DNA of 64,000 bases from Eutreptiella sp. 'Long Island Sound 2002' (lineage: Eukaryota > Protista > Euglenida): NCBI GenBank assembly GCA_964036045.1, contig OZ038378.1:195734001-195798000 (forward strand), given 5' to 3'. A program made the position numbers and the translations under genes. This document shows positions 33,085 through 48,000 of this stretch, one piece after another (the stretch's first letter is position 1; every line of letters begins with the position of its first letter). A model generated the notes under the pieces. That model searched no databases. It worked only from the letters and a program-made list of their open reading frames with translations, and had not been told where the DNA came from.

Positions 33085-36000
33085 AGCTTGATGATTCATT
33101 GGCGGAGACCGAGAAAGCACCATCGCCACACTCCTCAAATCGTCCCCAGCCTGCCCATGATGAGGTGGATTCAAGGGCATCCACGAGTCCTGAGCGCGGT
33201 CACCTCCTGGATGTGGATTTGCTGCAGCGCCTGCACTCGCCAGTGGATGTTGTGACTTATCTGGAGGATGAGGAGAGATACAAGCGGGCACAAGCCAAGA
33301 ACGAGGAGCACCATGAATGGATCGCCATCATCCGACCTTTTGCAGAACTTGAAAGGTTTGGGGTACACTTTCCGCAGACTGTGTTCAAGGGGGCCTACGT
33401 GTTCGAGGGTGACCAGTGTTCTATGGTGCCTCGTATTCAAGGGGGCATCGGGTTCAATGAGCGTATTATTCAGGGGTCATGGTGCTTAAAGGGACCTGGT
33501 GTTCAAGGAGGCATCGTTTTCAATGGGGCAACATGAGCAACGGGTATGACACAGGATGCGGTGGTCACTCACAACGGGTCTCCGACCTCAGTTTTCTGAC
33601 GGCATCTTGAACTTCACTACATTCTGCTGAAGGCAAAATCCTCTTGCGACCTCGTTTCTGTGACTGAAAACACTGCCCATCCTTCTCGAAATACTTGAAC
33701 CACCCACAACTTGTATGATACCATAATTGTTGCTGCTTTTCGGCACCTCTCTAGTTGGGCTGTATGGCATCAAGGATCCTATGTTGTGGTGCCCAGTCAG
33801 CAGCCACTTTCATATTCTCGTCTGCCTAATTATTCTGGGGGGCTGACCGTCCGGTCTGGCCCTGTAGGCATCTGCCACAGCTTTTGGAACAACATAATTA
33901 TTCACAACAAAAGAGGTGGACCAAACAGTATTGGAAGCAAAGACAAATTGCCAATGATATTTCGTCAATTTTTTTTTGGGTAGTACTGTTTTGGTAATAT
34001 TTGCCTCGGGTTATTGTGGTCAAACTGTGGTTTTTCAATGGGGCCCAGTGTCCAATGCGGCAACGTGCAGTGGGGAGTCCAGCGTTCAAGGCCTTCTATT
34101 GTCCAAGAGGGCTCAGCGTTCAAGGGGGCATCGTCTTCAAGTCAAGGGGCCCAGTGTTCAAGGGGCGGCAGCAACAATATCGACTTTACGCTTTGGAGAA
34201 CAATAGAACACTATGATCCATTGAACACTAGAGGCCCTTCAACACAGGTGGGAATTTCCCCTTGAAGATTATGCCCCATTGAACACCATACCCCTTGAAC
34301 TTATAGGCATCATTAAACACTGCGCCCCCATGAACACTGTGCCCCCATGAACACTGCACGTACCTGCCCAGTGCATCCATGATTGTGCTTCCCACTTGTA
34401 CTTGTGTTCGTTCGGCCAGTCCACGCGGGTGCCCCATGTAGCCTCGTCTCGTTGCCTCCGCCCCCCCTCGTACCACCACAGACCCCCCTTCGCCCTCCTC
34501 CCCACAGGCTTCCGAAACTTCCTTCTGCCCCTCCCCCCACCCATGTGATCGTCGTATGACTGCGTCCTTCGCCACTACTGTATGTTTCCTTGGTGGGTCG
34601 CTGGATAACCAGCTGTTGGCAAAGTGACATGCAGCATGAGGCATGGTCTTTTCTCCCTCATGATGCCTAATCACACAAGTGTACTTTGGACCGTTTTTGG
34701 GCCCCGAGGGGGCGCCGAGAGGGGCCGCCGAGAGGGGCCGCCGAGACGGGGCGCCGAGATAGGGCGCCGAGAGGGGTCGCCGCGAGGGGCACCTCCCATC
34801 CCTGTGGCACACCCTACCTACCTACTCGGCTTGTGTGTGGGTGGGGGCATGTTTGTGTGTCGCATTGTGGCATCTTACGCCCCCTTATGCCCAGCCGATA
34901 GCCAGCACTCGTCCAGCGGGACTGAAGCTTCCACTGTTTTTGATGGCACAGCGCGCGCAGTCGGTGTCCAGCAGACTTATGTGGGGGAGTGAGGGGCTGG
35001 GCCCCCATGCCGTCCTGAGTTGTGGGTGTGCGCGGTCCAGTCCCCCCAGCGGCGCTGATGCACCGAGGGGTCCTGCTGCCTGACGCCACATGGGGGCTCT
35101 GGTGGCGATTAGCGCCCCTTACCGAAATGTATGACGTTCTGCACGCCGGACCACTACTACAACATGTTTACTACGTTGTTGCCCTCTCCCCTTGTCCCTT
35201 CCCTTCCTCCCGCGGCACAATGACTGGGGTGCTGCAGTTTCCCCCCAGCCGTCGACGTACAACAAACGTCTACGACCGGGTGCTGTCTCCTGAACTTCAA
35301 CAGGCGCCCCCATTGCTCGTGGGCATGTGCGTTCCCTTCTGCCATGACCTCCTGCCCTCGGTAGGGCCACAGCACAGTCATTGTGGCCGAAGCCGTCAGG
35401 CTGCATGACCCTCCCTGCCGCCTCATTTCTGTGGGTGCCGGGTGCTTTCTGCTGCGTAGTCTTGGGACTGGGGCGGGCGCAGGTGATGGACAGGGAAAGA
35501 GCTTTTATGATGTCAATGCGCCGTGTTGGGTGCACAGGAGCTGGGCAGAAGGGTCGCGGTGTGAGGAGAATGAGGAGGATGAGCAGGAGGACTGGCTGTG
35601 CAGGAGGCGCGACGATGAGGAGCTGGAGGATGTGGATCAGGTGTGCGTGGGCGGTCGGGGCAACAGCACAGGCTCGGCAAAGTCCGTGTTGTCGCGATCC
35701 ATACGCACGGTGCAGCCGGGACGATCAATGCCACGTCCAGTCCGGTGCCCACAAACAGAACACGGTCAGAACTGCACAGACAAAACTCAAACCGCGGCCC
35801 CTCAGTGGGCCCATCGATTTGGTGCCCAAGTACATTCGGTTCCAATGCAACGTGGTCCCCAGGGCAGGGATGCATTAGAAGGGAAGGGGCCTCAGAGGCG
35901 GCCCCAGAGGCGGTTACGGATTGTGCGCCCGTTGTGCACAAGGGCCCTGTTGGCACAAGACGATGCCCCCGGCGTCAATCATCCCCCTCCCCCTCCACCT

Positions 36001-39000
36001 CCCGAGGGATGCATTGGACGGGCTCGGGGAAACCGTTCGGGGCGGTAGCTGTCGATTACAAATGCCGTCGAGGGCAAGGGCGGGTTGGGGGGCAGTTGGG
36101 GAAAGGGGAGAGAGCCGCTGGGCCCACAGAAACACAGCGAGGCAGGCTATGGACGGCCTGTGGACAGAGGTGTGTGGACAGCAAAAACAGTCAAACGACC
36201 CCGGCAACAACCAGCACATCCTCAATACGCCAATTATTGGGCGCCGCTGACACGCAAACGGCACGCCATGCCACATTCAGCACAGTCCCAACACGTCAAC
36301 TACTGGGCTCCGCGAACGCGGAAACGACACCAGCAAGAGCACCGGCCGCAGCGGCCGACAGAAAGCAGCGACCCGACGCAACATGCGAAGGGAAGAACGG
36401 GTGACCGTCCAGGGCCCCGTAAAGGAGCAACAACCAGACGGAATGTCACACAGGGGGTTAAGCCCCCCCCCCTTTTCCAACGCATCCGTGCCCCTCCCTG
36501 CCCCTAGCCACTCCACGAATCTCATTGTTGTCCTGGGGGCCCGTTCCCCGGGGGGGGGGGGGGGCAGAGGTCTGCGTCTGCGGTGTTGGTATCTGACTCC
36601 CCAGAGCGCCCCCCCCGATGCCTCCGTTCTCCATCTCGGCCGGACATTCCTGTCGTCACCGTTTCCTTCCAGAGGCCCGGGCTGCCTTCAGTGCGAGGGA
36701 GGCTGGGAGGGTGTCTCAAGACCGGACGCAAAGCGGTTGTGGGCTGTTGGAAAGGCGGTTACAAAACGGTTGGAGAGCGGTTGGGATTGGGAGCCGTTCC
36801 AGCGGACCATCACCCCCGAGAGGGGGTGGCGGTGCACCGGAGAGGTCACCCGGTGCCCCCCCCCCCCCCCTCAGGCGCAGGCCTACCCGCAGGCAGCCCA
36901 ATGTGTCTTGCCTTCCCACAGCTCACGCAGGACGAGGAGGTCACGATGGAGGAGGAGCAGCGGCAGGTCTGGCGCAGGCAGCAGGAGGAGCTGCGGCAGC
37001 AGGAGGACGAAGAGCTGCATCAGCAGATGGACGCAAGCCACCACTTGTCTCCCTCAGGCCGAACCTTGGGGCTGTTGCATTCCCCCGACCTCAAGGCCCT
37101 GCAGACCCGGTACAACCCGCAGGTCTGTGCCGAGTGTCCGTGTTCTCCCCGGAACCGCGGATGGCACACAATATACGCCTATGCGCGCGCGCGCACACGC
37201 GCAGGCAGACGCACGCACGCACACGTGCGCGCGCGCGCACGCAAGGGCATCAGGAGACGTAGGCACCAGGAGGCGAAGGCAGGCGGGTGCACAACAACAA
37301 CATCAAACCTCCTCGACAAATGTGGAGGCTTGCATGGCATCGTGGGGAATGCAAGGGTAGAGTAGCGGCCGTAGCATCTGGGCTCAGTGTCCAAGTGGAT
37401 AGCGTCCTTCGAGCACTCGTATCATCGCTCGATTCTGCCCATTCGACGCACTTTTTGATCTCAATCTCTTGTACAAGCTCCGTGCTGGTCCCGCCATCGG
37501 CTGCGGGGAGGTGGGTTGCCTGAGACAGCCCACGTTGCAGTATTGGGAGACATGTGGCATTCGTCGGACTGGCTGGCGTTGCAGTATTGGCCGCCACTCC
37601 CCCCCCCTGTTACGCAACAAATTCTATGACCTCAGCTGCAGGCACAAGGTGCCGCTTCGGCAGCTTCTGGAACTCCCCCGGGCTCAGGCGGTCACGTATT
37701 CACTGATGTTGGTTGACCGTCGACGCTGTTGGTAACTGCAGTCCAGACCTGTGGTTACAGCCGTGCGGTCTAATGAGGTCCAAGCGTGCGTAGCCGTGCG
37801 GCCCCTATGTGCGCAACCGTGCGTAACCGTGCGCAACCTTGTAAGAAAACATTTTTGACCGGAGAGCCCCTTAGGTGCCAGCCGCGTCCGATGATGGTGT
37901 TTATTTGTACAACAAACAGTACCCTTAAACAGAAATACCACCAGCACCAGTAAGGCAACCGTGCGCAACCGTGCGAAGGAATCAGGCGCAAGCGTGCGTA
38001 ACCGTGCGGCCCCGATGTGCGCAAGCGTGCATAACCGTGCGCGCACGGCTATAACCACAGGTCTGCTGCAGTCCCGCCAGTCATCATGGTGGCCGTGCCC
38101 TGTGACGACCGGAGGTGGGACATGAATCATCCCATTGATCTTGTTCCGCGCCTTGCTCTCACTCTCAACCTCCTTAAGCTCCCTTAACTTACAGCCTTCT
38201 GTCATTCCTTCCGTGATATCCGGAGGCTCTGCGCTTGCCCCAATGGAAAGCGCCCATGCCCCGGCCAGTGTTGTCCAGGCGCCTCACGCCCTGCACTCTC
38301 TGCAGCGGCACTCGATGGAGATCAGGGAGTTCGACAATGCCGAGACATACGACGTTGCGGGAGAGTTTCCGTTGTTCAGCCCCATCTGTGCCACCCCTGC
38401 CGCAGACACGAAATGGACCATGGTTTGTGTTTGTGTGCGTGCGTGCGTGCGTGCGTTTGGCTCAACGCACATACTTGCCACCCTGTGCTCGCTGTGTGTT
38501 TGCTCCCGCGCGCGCGCGCGTGTGTGTGTGTGTGTGTGCGTGCGTGCGTGCGTGTCGTCTGTTTGTTGACAATCGTGTGTGTGTGTGTGTGTGTGTGCGT
38601 GCGTGCGTGCATGCGTGCGTGCGTGCGTGCGTGTGTGTGTGTGTGTGTGTCGTCTGTTTGTTGACAATCGTGTGTGTGTGTGTGTGTGTGCATTCCTGTT
38701 GCAGAAAGGGCGTTGCCAACCTTTTTGCGTCAATGGCCCCATGAATTTGTTTGGGTGACCAGTGCTGTGTCTTCGCGTCTCGTTTTCGTTTTCACTGATC
38801 TTATGCGACTCGCGTTTGGTCCCCCTGGTTTCCCGCACGAAGTGCGCGCGCGCGTGTGTGTGTCCGAAAGACGTCTAGGGCTGCTCTGCAGCCCCTGAGG
38901 ATTTTGCTCCAACCGCTTTTCTTGTGGGGTTGTTTTTGCAGTTCCCAACGTGTGTGTGTGTGTGTGTGCGTGGACCGCCCCACCCGTTGGTGCCTTCTGA

Positions 39001-42000
39001 CCGTGTACCTGCTGTACTACAGAAAATCGCCTTGCCGCATGCTCTTCCACACCATCTTCTACTTTCTTACGGCCTGACGAGATTCGTTAGCGACCAGTGC
39101 AGTGCTCTGTCTATCTGCCTGTTCGTCTCGCTTCACTCGTGTGTGTGTGCACGCGCGCGCGCTGTGAAATGTTTCGGAACTGTGTGCAAAAGCATGTGTC
39201 CTGGTCCATAGCCGCTGCCGTCCTGACCGCTGATTGTTCACAGCATTTCTGTTGGGACGGTTTGGGGACACAGTGAGGCAGCGAAGGGTGTAGCAAGGGG
39301 GGGGGGGGGGCAACAGTTGGCATAAACCAGGGACACAGAGGCTTCTACCGGGTTGCTGGCCTTTGGCATACCTGTTTGTGCAGTCGTCAGCCTCTGAAAG
39401 CCGTGCATCACCCAGTCACTGCGGGGCCTCACCCGCGCATGAGCTCCACAAACTGGACTCGCAACTTTCAGCGCGGCGCCGAGAGCTGCAGGACCTAGAG
39501 GCCAAGCTCTCGGAGGCTCGAACGCTGTACGAGCGAACCATGCACGCAGGTGTCTGTGCTCCGCCGCAGTGCTGCAGTGGCAGGACGCCCCGTGGAGGTG
39601 ATGTCGTGGCCAGCATGTGGTGGGGCTGGGGGATGTCTCATTGGGCGGCCGGCGGGCGATCGTGGGCTTTGGTGTGGGACTGCATTGCAACGGGCACCTG
39701 CACCCTGGGCCAGAGCTGGTCATCTGCATGCGCCAACCCCCCCTCGCCCCCTCTCCGGTGCCAGCCATCTGTCTGCCTTGCAAAGATTGGATAGCTTGAT
39801 CCGATTCCGCTCAGGGTCGGTGAGCAGGGGAATGGGAACAACATTTGCCCCTTGCCATGCAATAACAGAGGGATCCATGGGACTTGTGCTGAACATTGAA
39901 ATGCAACAAGGTTGAAACCATGGTGCTAATTGGGGGGGGGGGTTCGGGGACCTGTTGTGGCCCAAGTAGTACCAAAACCCCGGTGCTGACGCCCTTTCGC
40001 ATGCCGACGATACATACCCCATTCAGGTAGGCCGAGAGGTGCTCTGAGAAGGGCGACCGGTGGGGGCGGGGGCTGGGCCCCTGTGTTCATGAGCCAATGC
40101 TCCCTGCTATGAGGACCATGATACCACACGGGTCATGAAGCCACCCTCCGACGTATGGAGAGGCAGAGGAAGCCGACCATGACCGGTCGCGGCGCATGCG
40201 GCCCGCATTTGCATCCAGCGAATTCGCCCTAACTCGGTCAAATGCATCGGACCCAGCGAATTCAAAGTCAAAAAAGTTTCAGGACTGCAGTGCTGGATGG
40301 CTGCTGTGTTTTCTTGGGGGGCGAGGTGGCTGCTGTTATTTCCTGCACGGCTGCAATACTGAACGCTTGCTGATGTTTCTTGAAGCCTCCTCCCCATACA
40401 CCAACAAGCGCAAGTACTTTTGGGGGCGTTGTGGGCGACCATACTTCAATCCCACACACTACACATCCTTCTCTGCATGGAGGTTAACAAAAACACTACG
40501 CCCCTTATGCCCCCCAATCCCACACAAGAGAGGTCTCGCTTTTCTGGCACACACATCAACCTTCTTCAACTTTCGCCGGTTGGCCACAACCGCAGCTACA
40601 GTGGGTTTTAACTCTGCTTGGATGGTGGTTGAAGAGATGGCATAATGATTCCTCCCCGCTTCGGAGACCTTGAGACAGCAGGGGATATGTAGCCACTTTG
40701 TGTTTGGTTTGAATGTTGCTTCTTGAACCTTCTAGTGCTACGGAGGTGAACTGGCTGATTGGCGAGGGAACATTGCTTGGGTGGTTGTGCCCTTGAACAG
40801 GTGCTACTCCCAAGACCAAGGCCAAGATAATCCCCTTCCCGGAAGTACACCCGGCAGGGTATTGAAATACAGAAAACCGAAGGAAAACGGGGATGGAATG
40901 GGGAAGCAGAACGGGGGAAACGGGGACATAGTCATCTGCGGTGCTGCGTGCTGTGGCAATGCGAACCCGAATTCTCATCTCAGTGATGTCCATGTGGTCC
41001 TGGTTCTTGTTGAACCTGTCCCACATCGCGAGACTTCATGATGTTTGCCCCTTCCTTGACGCCCCTGTCCTTGATGGCCAAGGGGCATCATTGTCACCAA
41101 GTGATCTGCCCCCCTCCAAAGAAAACAGCAAGTGGTGGAGAGTGCCCATCTGTACAGACATCAGCTTTCTTCTGTCTTGTCTTGTGCAAGCACCTGTTCG
41201 CTGAAACCAGTAGTCTCTCAACAGAGCAAGTCCCACAGTTGAAGCTTCTGCAGATGCCTGCAAAAGTTCTAGGATCAAAAAAAGGGTTTGATCAACGTTG
41301 CAACCTGCAGTATGCTCGTGCTCAGGAGTCACCGAAGCGGTCAGATCTATATTGAGTGAAACTGAGTGTATACCGAGGCAAACCAGGGGCCTCTTTGGTA
41401 TGCAAGGCCATTGTATTGTGGCTATTGTGGGTGACCATGGTCCAGCGACCAGGTTTCGTTAGTACGGCACAAGCATAACCACATTGTGCACAATTATGAG
41501 GCCTGAGGCCTACAAGGTGAAGTTGTTGGTGTGGAGGAGCACGCACCTGACTTGTTTTGCTTGCCAGCAAGGTGGCGTAGCAAACAGCAATGATATTGTG
41601 ATTTGTGAACAAACCATTGAAGAACCAGGCCTAGCACCAAAAAGGTTGTGTTCCTCAATTGCGATGCATTGCTGATGCTACGTGGCACCGAGTGGTGAGT
41701 ATTGCAAACTGCTAAGAAGAGCTAAAATCATTGCATCAATTACTGTTGGGGTTGGAGTAGGTGCTGGAGATGGTGTCAGAGCAAGCCACCGCGAGAGTTC
41801 AGAGCTCGAGTTAGGGTTGGAGTCAGGGCTGGAATCACAGCTGGGGGAGGATGTCACCGTGACCTTGAAGTGCATGATACGGAAAGAACATACTCATCCT
41901 TTCTGTGCGAACGGGGCGCATGACATGGGGCATCAAGGTCTCGTAGGGGGGCTCCTGTGCCCAGAAACTGAGAGAACTGTTGCACTTTCACAAGACGGGC

Positions 42001-45000
42001 ACGGTACAATGGGGGCCGAGCCTGCAGAGTGGTTGGGCAGTTTCTATTGCTGCACTGGCCAACATTTTCACAGGCTCACACACCATTCACCTGCTGTTTT
42101 TTTTTTTTTAGATTCCCGCACCTGTTTTTGGTTCACCATCAGCACCTGGGCGCAAGTAGTGGCCCTCTAACAACCAAGGACCAGCGTTCTTGCAGGCAAG
42201 CAGGTCAGCTATTTTCAAGGCTTGTGCATGAATGTGTGGTGTGGGCCCCCATACCCGTCGCAGGGGGTCGCAGAGCGGCAATGACGGAAGGGTCTGTCGT
42301 GCACATGATGTGGGTGTCTCAAAGGCGTTGTTCAGCCTTGACGTTGCTGCCGTGGGTCAAATTCGTCAGCGTCTCTGCCTCTGCGAACGTGTGTGCAGCG
42401 ACGAATGAAGAGCTGAAGGTGAACGAATGCCGCACTGAACAGCTAAGAATCAAGGATGAGATTAGTCGCCTCATGTCAAGTGCAGTCTCCGTCTCGGCGG
42501 TCAGTGTGCCATGTTCATCCTCAGCGCAGCAAGAGCTGCGCATCACAGATGGCGTGCAGGAGCAGCACGCGAAGGAGCAGAGGCCCAATGAACGCCTTGC
42601 TCAAGGCGCGTGGATGGCGGAGACAAGGAGACCCGCGGCAGATCAACAGGTGAGGGCACGGGCCCTGTTGTGTGGGCACTGCTCGGGGCAGGCGCCTTTG
42701 CGGATACAAGTGGTCGCTGCAGACGCACGGTTTTGGGTTCAGAGTGTTGGCGAGTGGGTGTGTGAAGTGACCCTGCGGGGCCTTTGCTTAAGGCCGGCCC
42801 CGCTGGCGTGCAAGGGGGTGGTTGTGGGGGGGGTAGGGGTGACTGGGTGAGAAGCACATCCGTGGAAACCAGCCCCACTGTTGGGGGGGCGTGAGTGAAA
42901 TGAGACAACATTCCGGATACGAAGTGGTTTTGATTGGGCACATCTCATCCAGGGGGATGGACCGCCTGTTTCTGTGCTTTCCCACATGTCTGATTTCCCT
43001 TGCTTTTCGCATTGTTTGTTGTACTCATTTCTTGAAGTGAATTGTTTCAAATCAACTCACGCCTACCTTGAGGAGTGGATTGTGTCCAGAAGAAGCCAGT
43101 CCCATCCATGGGGGTGATAGCAGTGTTCTACGCTCCACAATGAACCTGCCCCTCTCCCAGCCATGGGCACATGGGAGGGGGGTTCGGATTGGGGCGTGGG
43201 GGGTGGGGATTTGGATTTGGATTTGGATTGGGAGGCTGATCTTAAGGCTCACATGACGCCTGGGGTGGAGCACGATGGCGTCCCTGACGACTCTGCATAT
43301 TGGCTGGCCATGCCTTGTGATGCACTCCCAGGGCCCTCAATGGACCCTCCTGCTGCACCCTCTGCGGGCTGGGTGGCTGAGCTGGGCTGCGCCCCGTGCC
43401 CTGGTTGGGGCGCTCGGGATGCGTGGCTGCCACCCTCCGGCGCGCTGTCTCTCTCCCCTCCCCACTTTCTTGAGGGGCTGCAGCATGTGCGCGGCAGCTC
43501 ACTGCCGCCAACCCCCGCCCCGTTACCAGTCGAGGGGCTATGGAGGTGCTGCACCAGCGGCCTTCCTACTGCACCTGCTGCAGCTGCAGCTGTCGTGCTG
43601 CAGTGGTTGCAGCAGGACGGTCCTTAAGGGACCACCAACCGCTAACCGCCAACTGCCACCAACCGCCAACCGCCACCAACCGCCAACTGCCAACCGCCGC
43701 CAACCACCGGCCGCAACCAACCGCCAACCGTCAACCGCCACCAACCACCCATCACCAACTGCCAACTGCCGCCAACCGCCGCCAACCGCCGCCAACTGCC
43801 AACTGCCAACCGCCAACCGGCAATCTCCACCAGCCGCCAACCGCCAATCGCCACCAACCATGGTTGAACATATGAGCTACACGCGGTCGTTTTTGAAAAA
43901 ACCATGTTCCGGAACAGTTTCTTTTTTTTCTGTTAAGGACCGCCCTGGGTTGCAGCAACTGTTCTGCAGTTGCCATGTAGCCGGAGGTGTCCTGTCATCC
44001 CAGGAGTTGCCCCCCCCTTTAGCGTGCCGGTCAGCCCCGTCAGTCGCGTCTGTCCGCCCCCAACGGCCCGCCGGTTTGTACCCACCAGAAATTGCCTCCC
44101 AACCGCTGTTCTGACTGCCGGCAACCGCCTTTACAACCGCTCATGAAATCCCCTTCGAGCCCCTCAAGCGCATCCCTGCCCACTTCCCAACATTTAAACA
44201 AAACAAGGCACCCCCTATCGGTCGCTTGCAAGGCGTTGTATGAGAAAACCACAACCCATAGTGGCACAGCAATGGCACCACTGGCTGTTGGCGTGTACAC
44301 TGATCCCACAAAACGGCGATATTGAGAAGCGGTTCACTCAATGCAGGGGTGCTTTGCAAAGGAGGAGGCAGGACCAAGCAAGACAAAACGCCCCCGTGAG
44401 ATGGTCACGCCACAGGTGCTCCATGATGTTGAACACCGGCGTCCCATACACATGGCGATGGCATGCATATCCCCCAGACCGTGCACTGCCCCTCCCAAGA
44501 ACTGGTCTGATCTTGGCTGATAGGAGCCTGAGCCAATGGGCAAATTTTTTCTGAAAATTTTTTTACCCCATTTGTGTATGTTCAAAATGATCAGCGCGTC
44601 ATGGGGATCATTTTGAGGTTTGTATTTTGGGGTACCCACTGACCCCCCTCTAGGGATCCGGCCGGCTGACCGGCCGACCCACTTACCCCCCCCCCCCACC
44701 AAAGAAAACACTTGAAGCCCAGGCATTAAGCCCCGCCCCCCCCCCCCCCTGTCTGCCCCCCCAACCCCCCCCTCACGCCCCGTCCCACATGCATCTCCAA
44801 AGATGGTCCGATGGCAAAACGAGTGCCGGGACTGCTGCGGGTGGCCGTACATCACCGCCGCCACCGACAAGGGGCCCGCGCAGCTGCCGCACCCCCACAA
44901 CGCGCGTTTCCGGTCACCGACGCCGAAGGAACCGAACGTCGATGACCCCGCGGTGCGCCCCTGTGCCGCATGTGCGATGCCTTGGGTGCGCGGCGACGCG

Positions 45001-48000
45001 GCCCCATCGCCGCTACTGCCCGAGGGAGGGCGTTGTTGGGGACAGGCAGACGGATGCATCGGAACGAGAGGGGTCTCGGGGGATGGGGAAAGTCGTGCTC
45101 CGGGTGGGGGGGCGGCGGGCAAAGGGTGTATTAGAACGGGTGACGACCGCAGGAGGAGCTCCCCCCGCTATCCACAGGGCCACCCTCCGTGGCGGGCGGG
45201 GAGGGGGAGGGGATCTAAAGCCGAGTCAGGCAACAAGTGTGCTAGCTCCACACAGCGTAGCGCTGCAGAGCGCCTATGTTGGAATGCATGTGCACCACTC
45301 AGCAAGGGGAAAATCAGGATTGCTGGTACCAACCGCTATGTATCATTGCCCCGTTCCTCCGCTGGCACAACCTCCCAAGGGAAAGGAAAGGGAAGTAGAG
45401 AGGGAGAGATAGGCCAAGGAGGGAGAGGAAGGGCACAGGGGGGGTGAGTGGCCGATGGGCACCAGCGCCAGGGCAGTAAGTGGGGATGGGCCAATTGGCG
45501 CCGCCGGCTGCAGACCAAAACACACCAAGGCGTCATGCCAACCCCCCCCCCCCCCCCAAGACCAAAGTGACCAGCGTGGGAACAAACGAAATTTGCTGTT
45601 GGGAAAATCTGGTTGGGCCATTTTTGGTCCACAAACTTTTGGGTCTCAGACCCCCTCTTCTAATACATCCTTCGGGGGGGGGGTTGTCGCGCAGGCGTAA
45701 CATCAGTGGGAGCTGATTGCATTCGAACACCGTGGAACACTCTGTCTGTCGCTCTTCTGTTGCCGGTGCCCCCCGAACAGCATCCCACAGCAGCGGGGGG
45801 AGGGGGGTCGAGCCCCCCTGAAATGGGGACTGGGGGGCGTCTAGGAAAGGGGATCGGGTGATGGGACGGTTGTCGCAACTGAAGGATTTTGGTGCCAGTG
45901 CTAAACACCCGAAGGAACACTTTCCCACCCATTCCCCCCCGACATATGTACAAGCACAATGATCAGTGCGAGTCGGGGATTATTTGGAGCGATCTTTGTT
46001 GGGGTAACCCCCCCCCCCCCTGCCCCACGACCACGCGTGGAGGATCCCCTCCTCAAAAGGTGAACAAGTACGCGCACCCGGACATCCCAACCGGCGTGCC
46101 TTGATGACACCCCCCCCCCCCCGACCGGTACCGGCAGCCCGGGGTCCCCCCCCCCCCCCCCCGCTCCCCCGGACCGATCCCTTCGGGTGGTGGGTGCGGT
46201 CTCCATCCCCCAGACCCCGCAGAGGAGGGAGGGGGGTCTGAGAAAGGGGCTGCACAGCGCCCTCCCCCGCGCGCACACCCCTTTTTCTCCGCCCCTGCCT
46301 CGCTCCCAGGCACCGTCAAGAGGGCGGTTGGAGAGGGTTGGCGAAACGGTCTGGAGTGGGCACTGTCAGCCTCAAGAAAAAAAAAGGCCGTGGGGCCGAT
46401 CGGCGCGGGAAAGACCGGGGGCTGGGGGTCCATCCCCACTTCGTGGGGCGATGACTGGGGGTCTGTGGGGCGGTCACCGTGTCGACTGTCGACCGTCGTG
46501 GGTCACGCATTGACCGTCATTGCCATTGCTTTGCAGGGGGAACACGGGCCCCGTTTCAATGGGCGCCGGGGGCTGAAGCGAACAACAATTTGTCTACGGA
46601 AACGTCGGCCTGCAATTTCGGGCCCCTCCGCAGGATGTGTCTAATGCGGGCAGGGGGGTGGATCAGCCGGGGCCACACATCCCCCCCCCGCCCCCCCTCC
46701 GGCTAGGATTATGGGTACCTCCGCCCCCCCAAAAAATAGCAGCCCCCATACTTTAGTACCCTGCCTGGGGTTCGTTGGGCATTTTGCAATAATTAGTGCC
46801 CCCCTTTCGGCCACGTACAAGCAAACGGAACACGAACAAAGTCAGGCTACGGTTTCAGCGCAACTTCAGAGGTCTCAGGTTCAACAGAAAAGCCTTCACA
46901 TCCTGTAGTTCAAAATGAGATTCGCAATCTCAGGCAGCCGACAGAAATGGAACCAAAAGACAAGGCTACAAAGAAGTGCAACACCACCCCACCCAAAATT
47001 AGTAACCCCAAAATTAGTACCCCCCCGGGGCTTATTGAGCATCTTGCCAAAATCAGTACCCCCGGGGTTTTGGTTTTTTGGGGGGTTTCGGCGTACATGG
47101 GCTGTGTACCCCTACCCCAGCCCTCGAACCTCTGCAGCCCTGCACCTCACCCCTGTATTCCCAGTAGTTTGGATTACCCTCCCCCCTTCCCACAGACATA
47201 GGGGGTGTTCCCCCGTGGCGCATGCGGGCGCACTGCAAGAAAAACCTACCCGAAGTAGGAGTGTAGATTCTTTTGGCGGCTTGCCACTGAGTTTTTTTCT
47301 CTTTGTGGACTACTATGGGACCAATTGTAGTCAATGTTGTTTGCACTTGGACAATATTCTTTTACAAGAACGTTTGCAAATCAGATGTGTCAGCATGGGC
47401 CCTAAGGGGGGCCGTATGACTTGCTTGTGCTTGTGGGTGAAGGTGGTGAATCAAGGGTGATGCCCATATTGCCCAATGCCATGCCGTTGAGAAGGGTGCA
47501 TTTGAATCCATCCCAGAAGACACTGGTCAAACTCCAAGTCAAGTTGAAACGAATGTCTGCCTGTCCGACGGTGATCCGTGATGGTGCATCGCAGAAAGGT
47601 GAGGGGAAAGCGCATGACAATGGCTTCCTCTTCCTGTGTGGCCCCTGCGGTGCGCAGGAAGCACCCCCACCTGCCGGCGTCGGCATGGGAGGGACAGCAC
47701 TTGTGAGCCGAGGGACCGCTGTCCCACCCTCGCCCATTCCCCAGTGAGAATGCTGGTCCCCCGTGGCTTGGGACAGGCAACACAAGCGATGTGTGTGCGA
47801 GCAAACGCAAACACGTGCGTACTGCTGAGCAACTGTGCCTTCGAGGCCTCCCCCAGAGTTCCCCTGAGATTCGGCCTTTGGGGGTACACTTTGGATTCGT
47901 CGTGACCAGCCTCGGTGTTTCGGATGAAAGAAGTAGCGCAGGTGGAGCCAGGGAAGACTCTTTGTTTGGAAGTGAAGCAGCCAAAGAGAGGAGACAAATA

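Noticed and set aside
36277-36525. Recurrent peptides HQQEHRPQRPTES / TVTRSSLRMLRRVAAF at 31.4, 32.4 and 36.3 kb
   Set aside because: Translations of the family B repeat, not a gene family.
40196-41900. Transposase or retroelement remnant in a large intron
   Set aside because: Short stop-interrupted frames with no DDE, RT or zinc-finger motif I can support.
43275-44114. 279-aa ORF with TAN/RQPP repeats, also 28252-29284
   Set aside because: Translation of tandem arrays inside MITEs.
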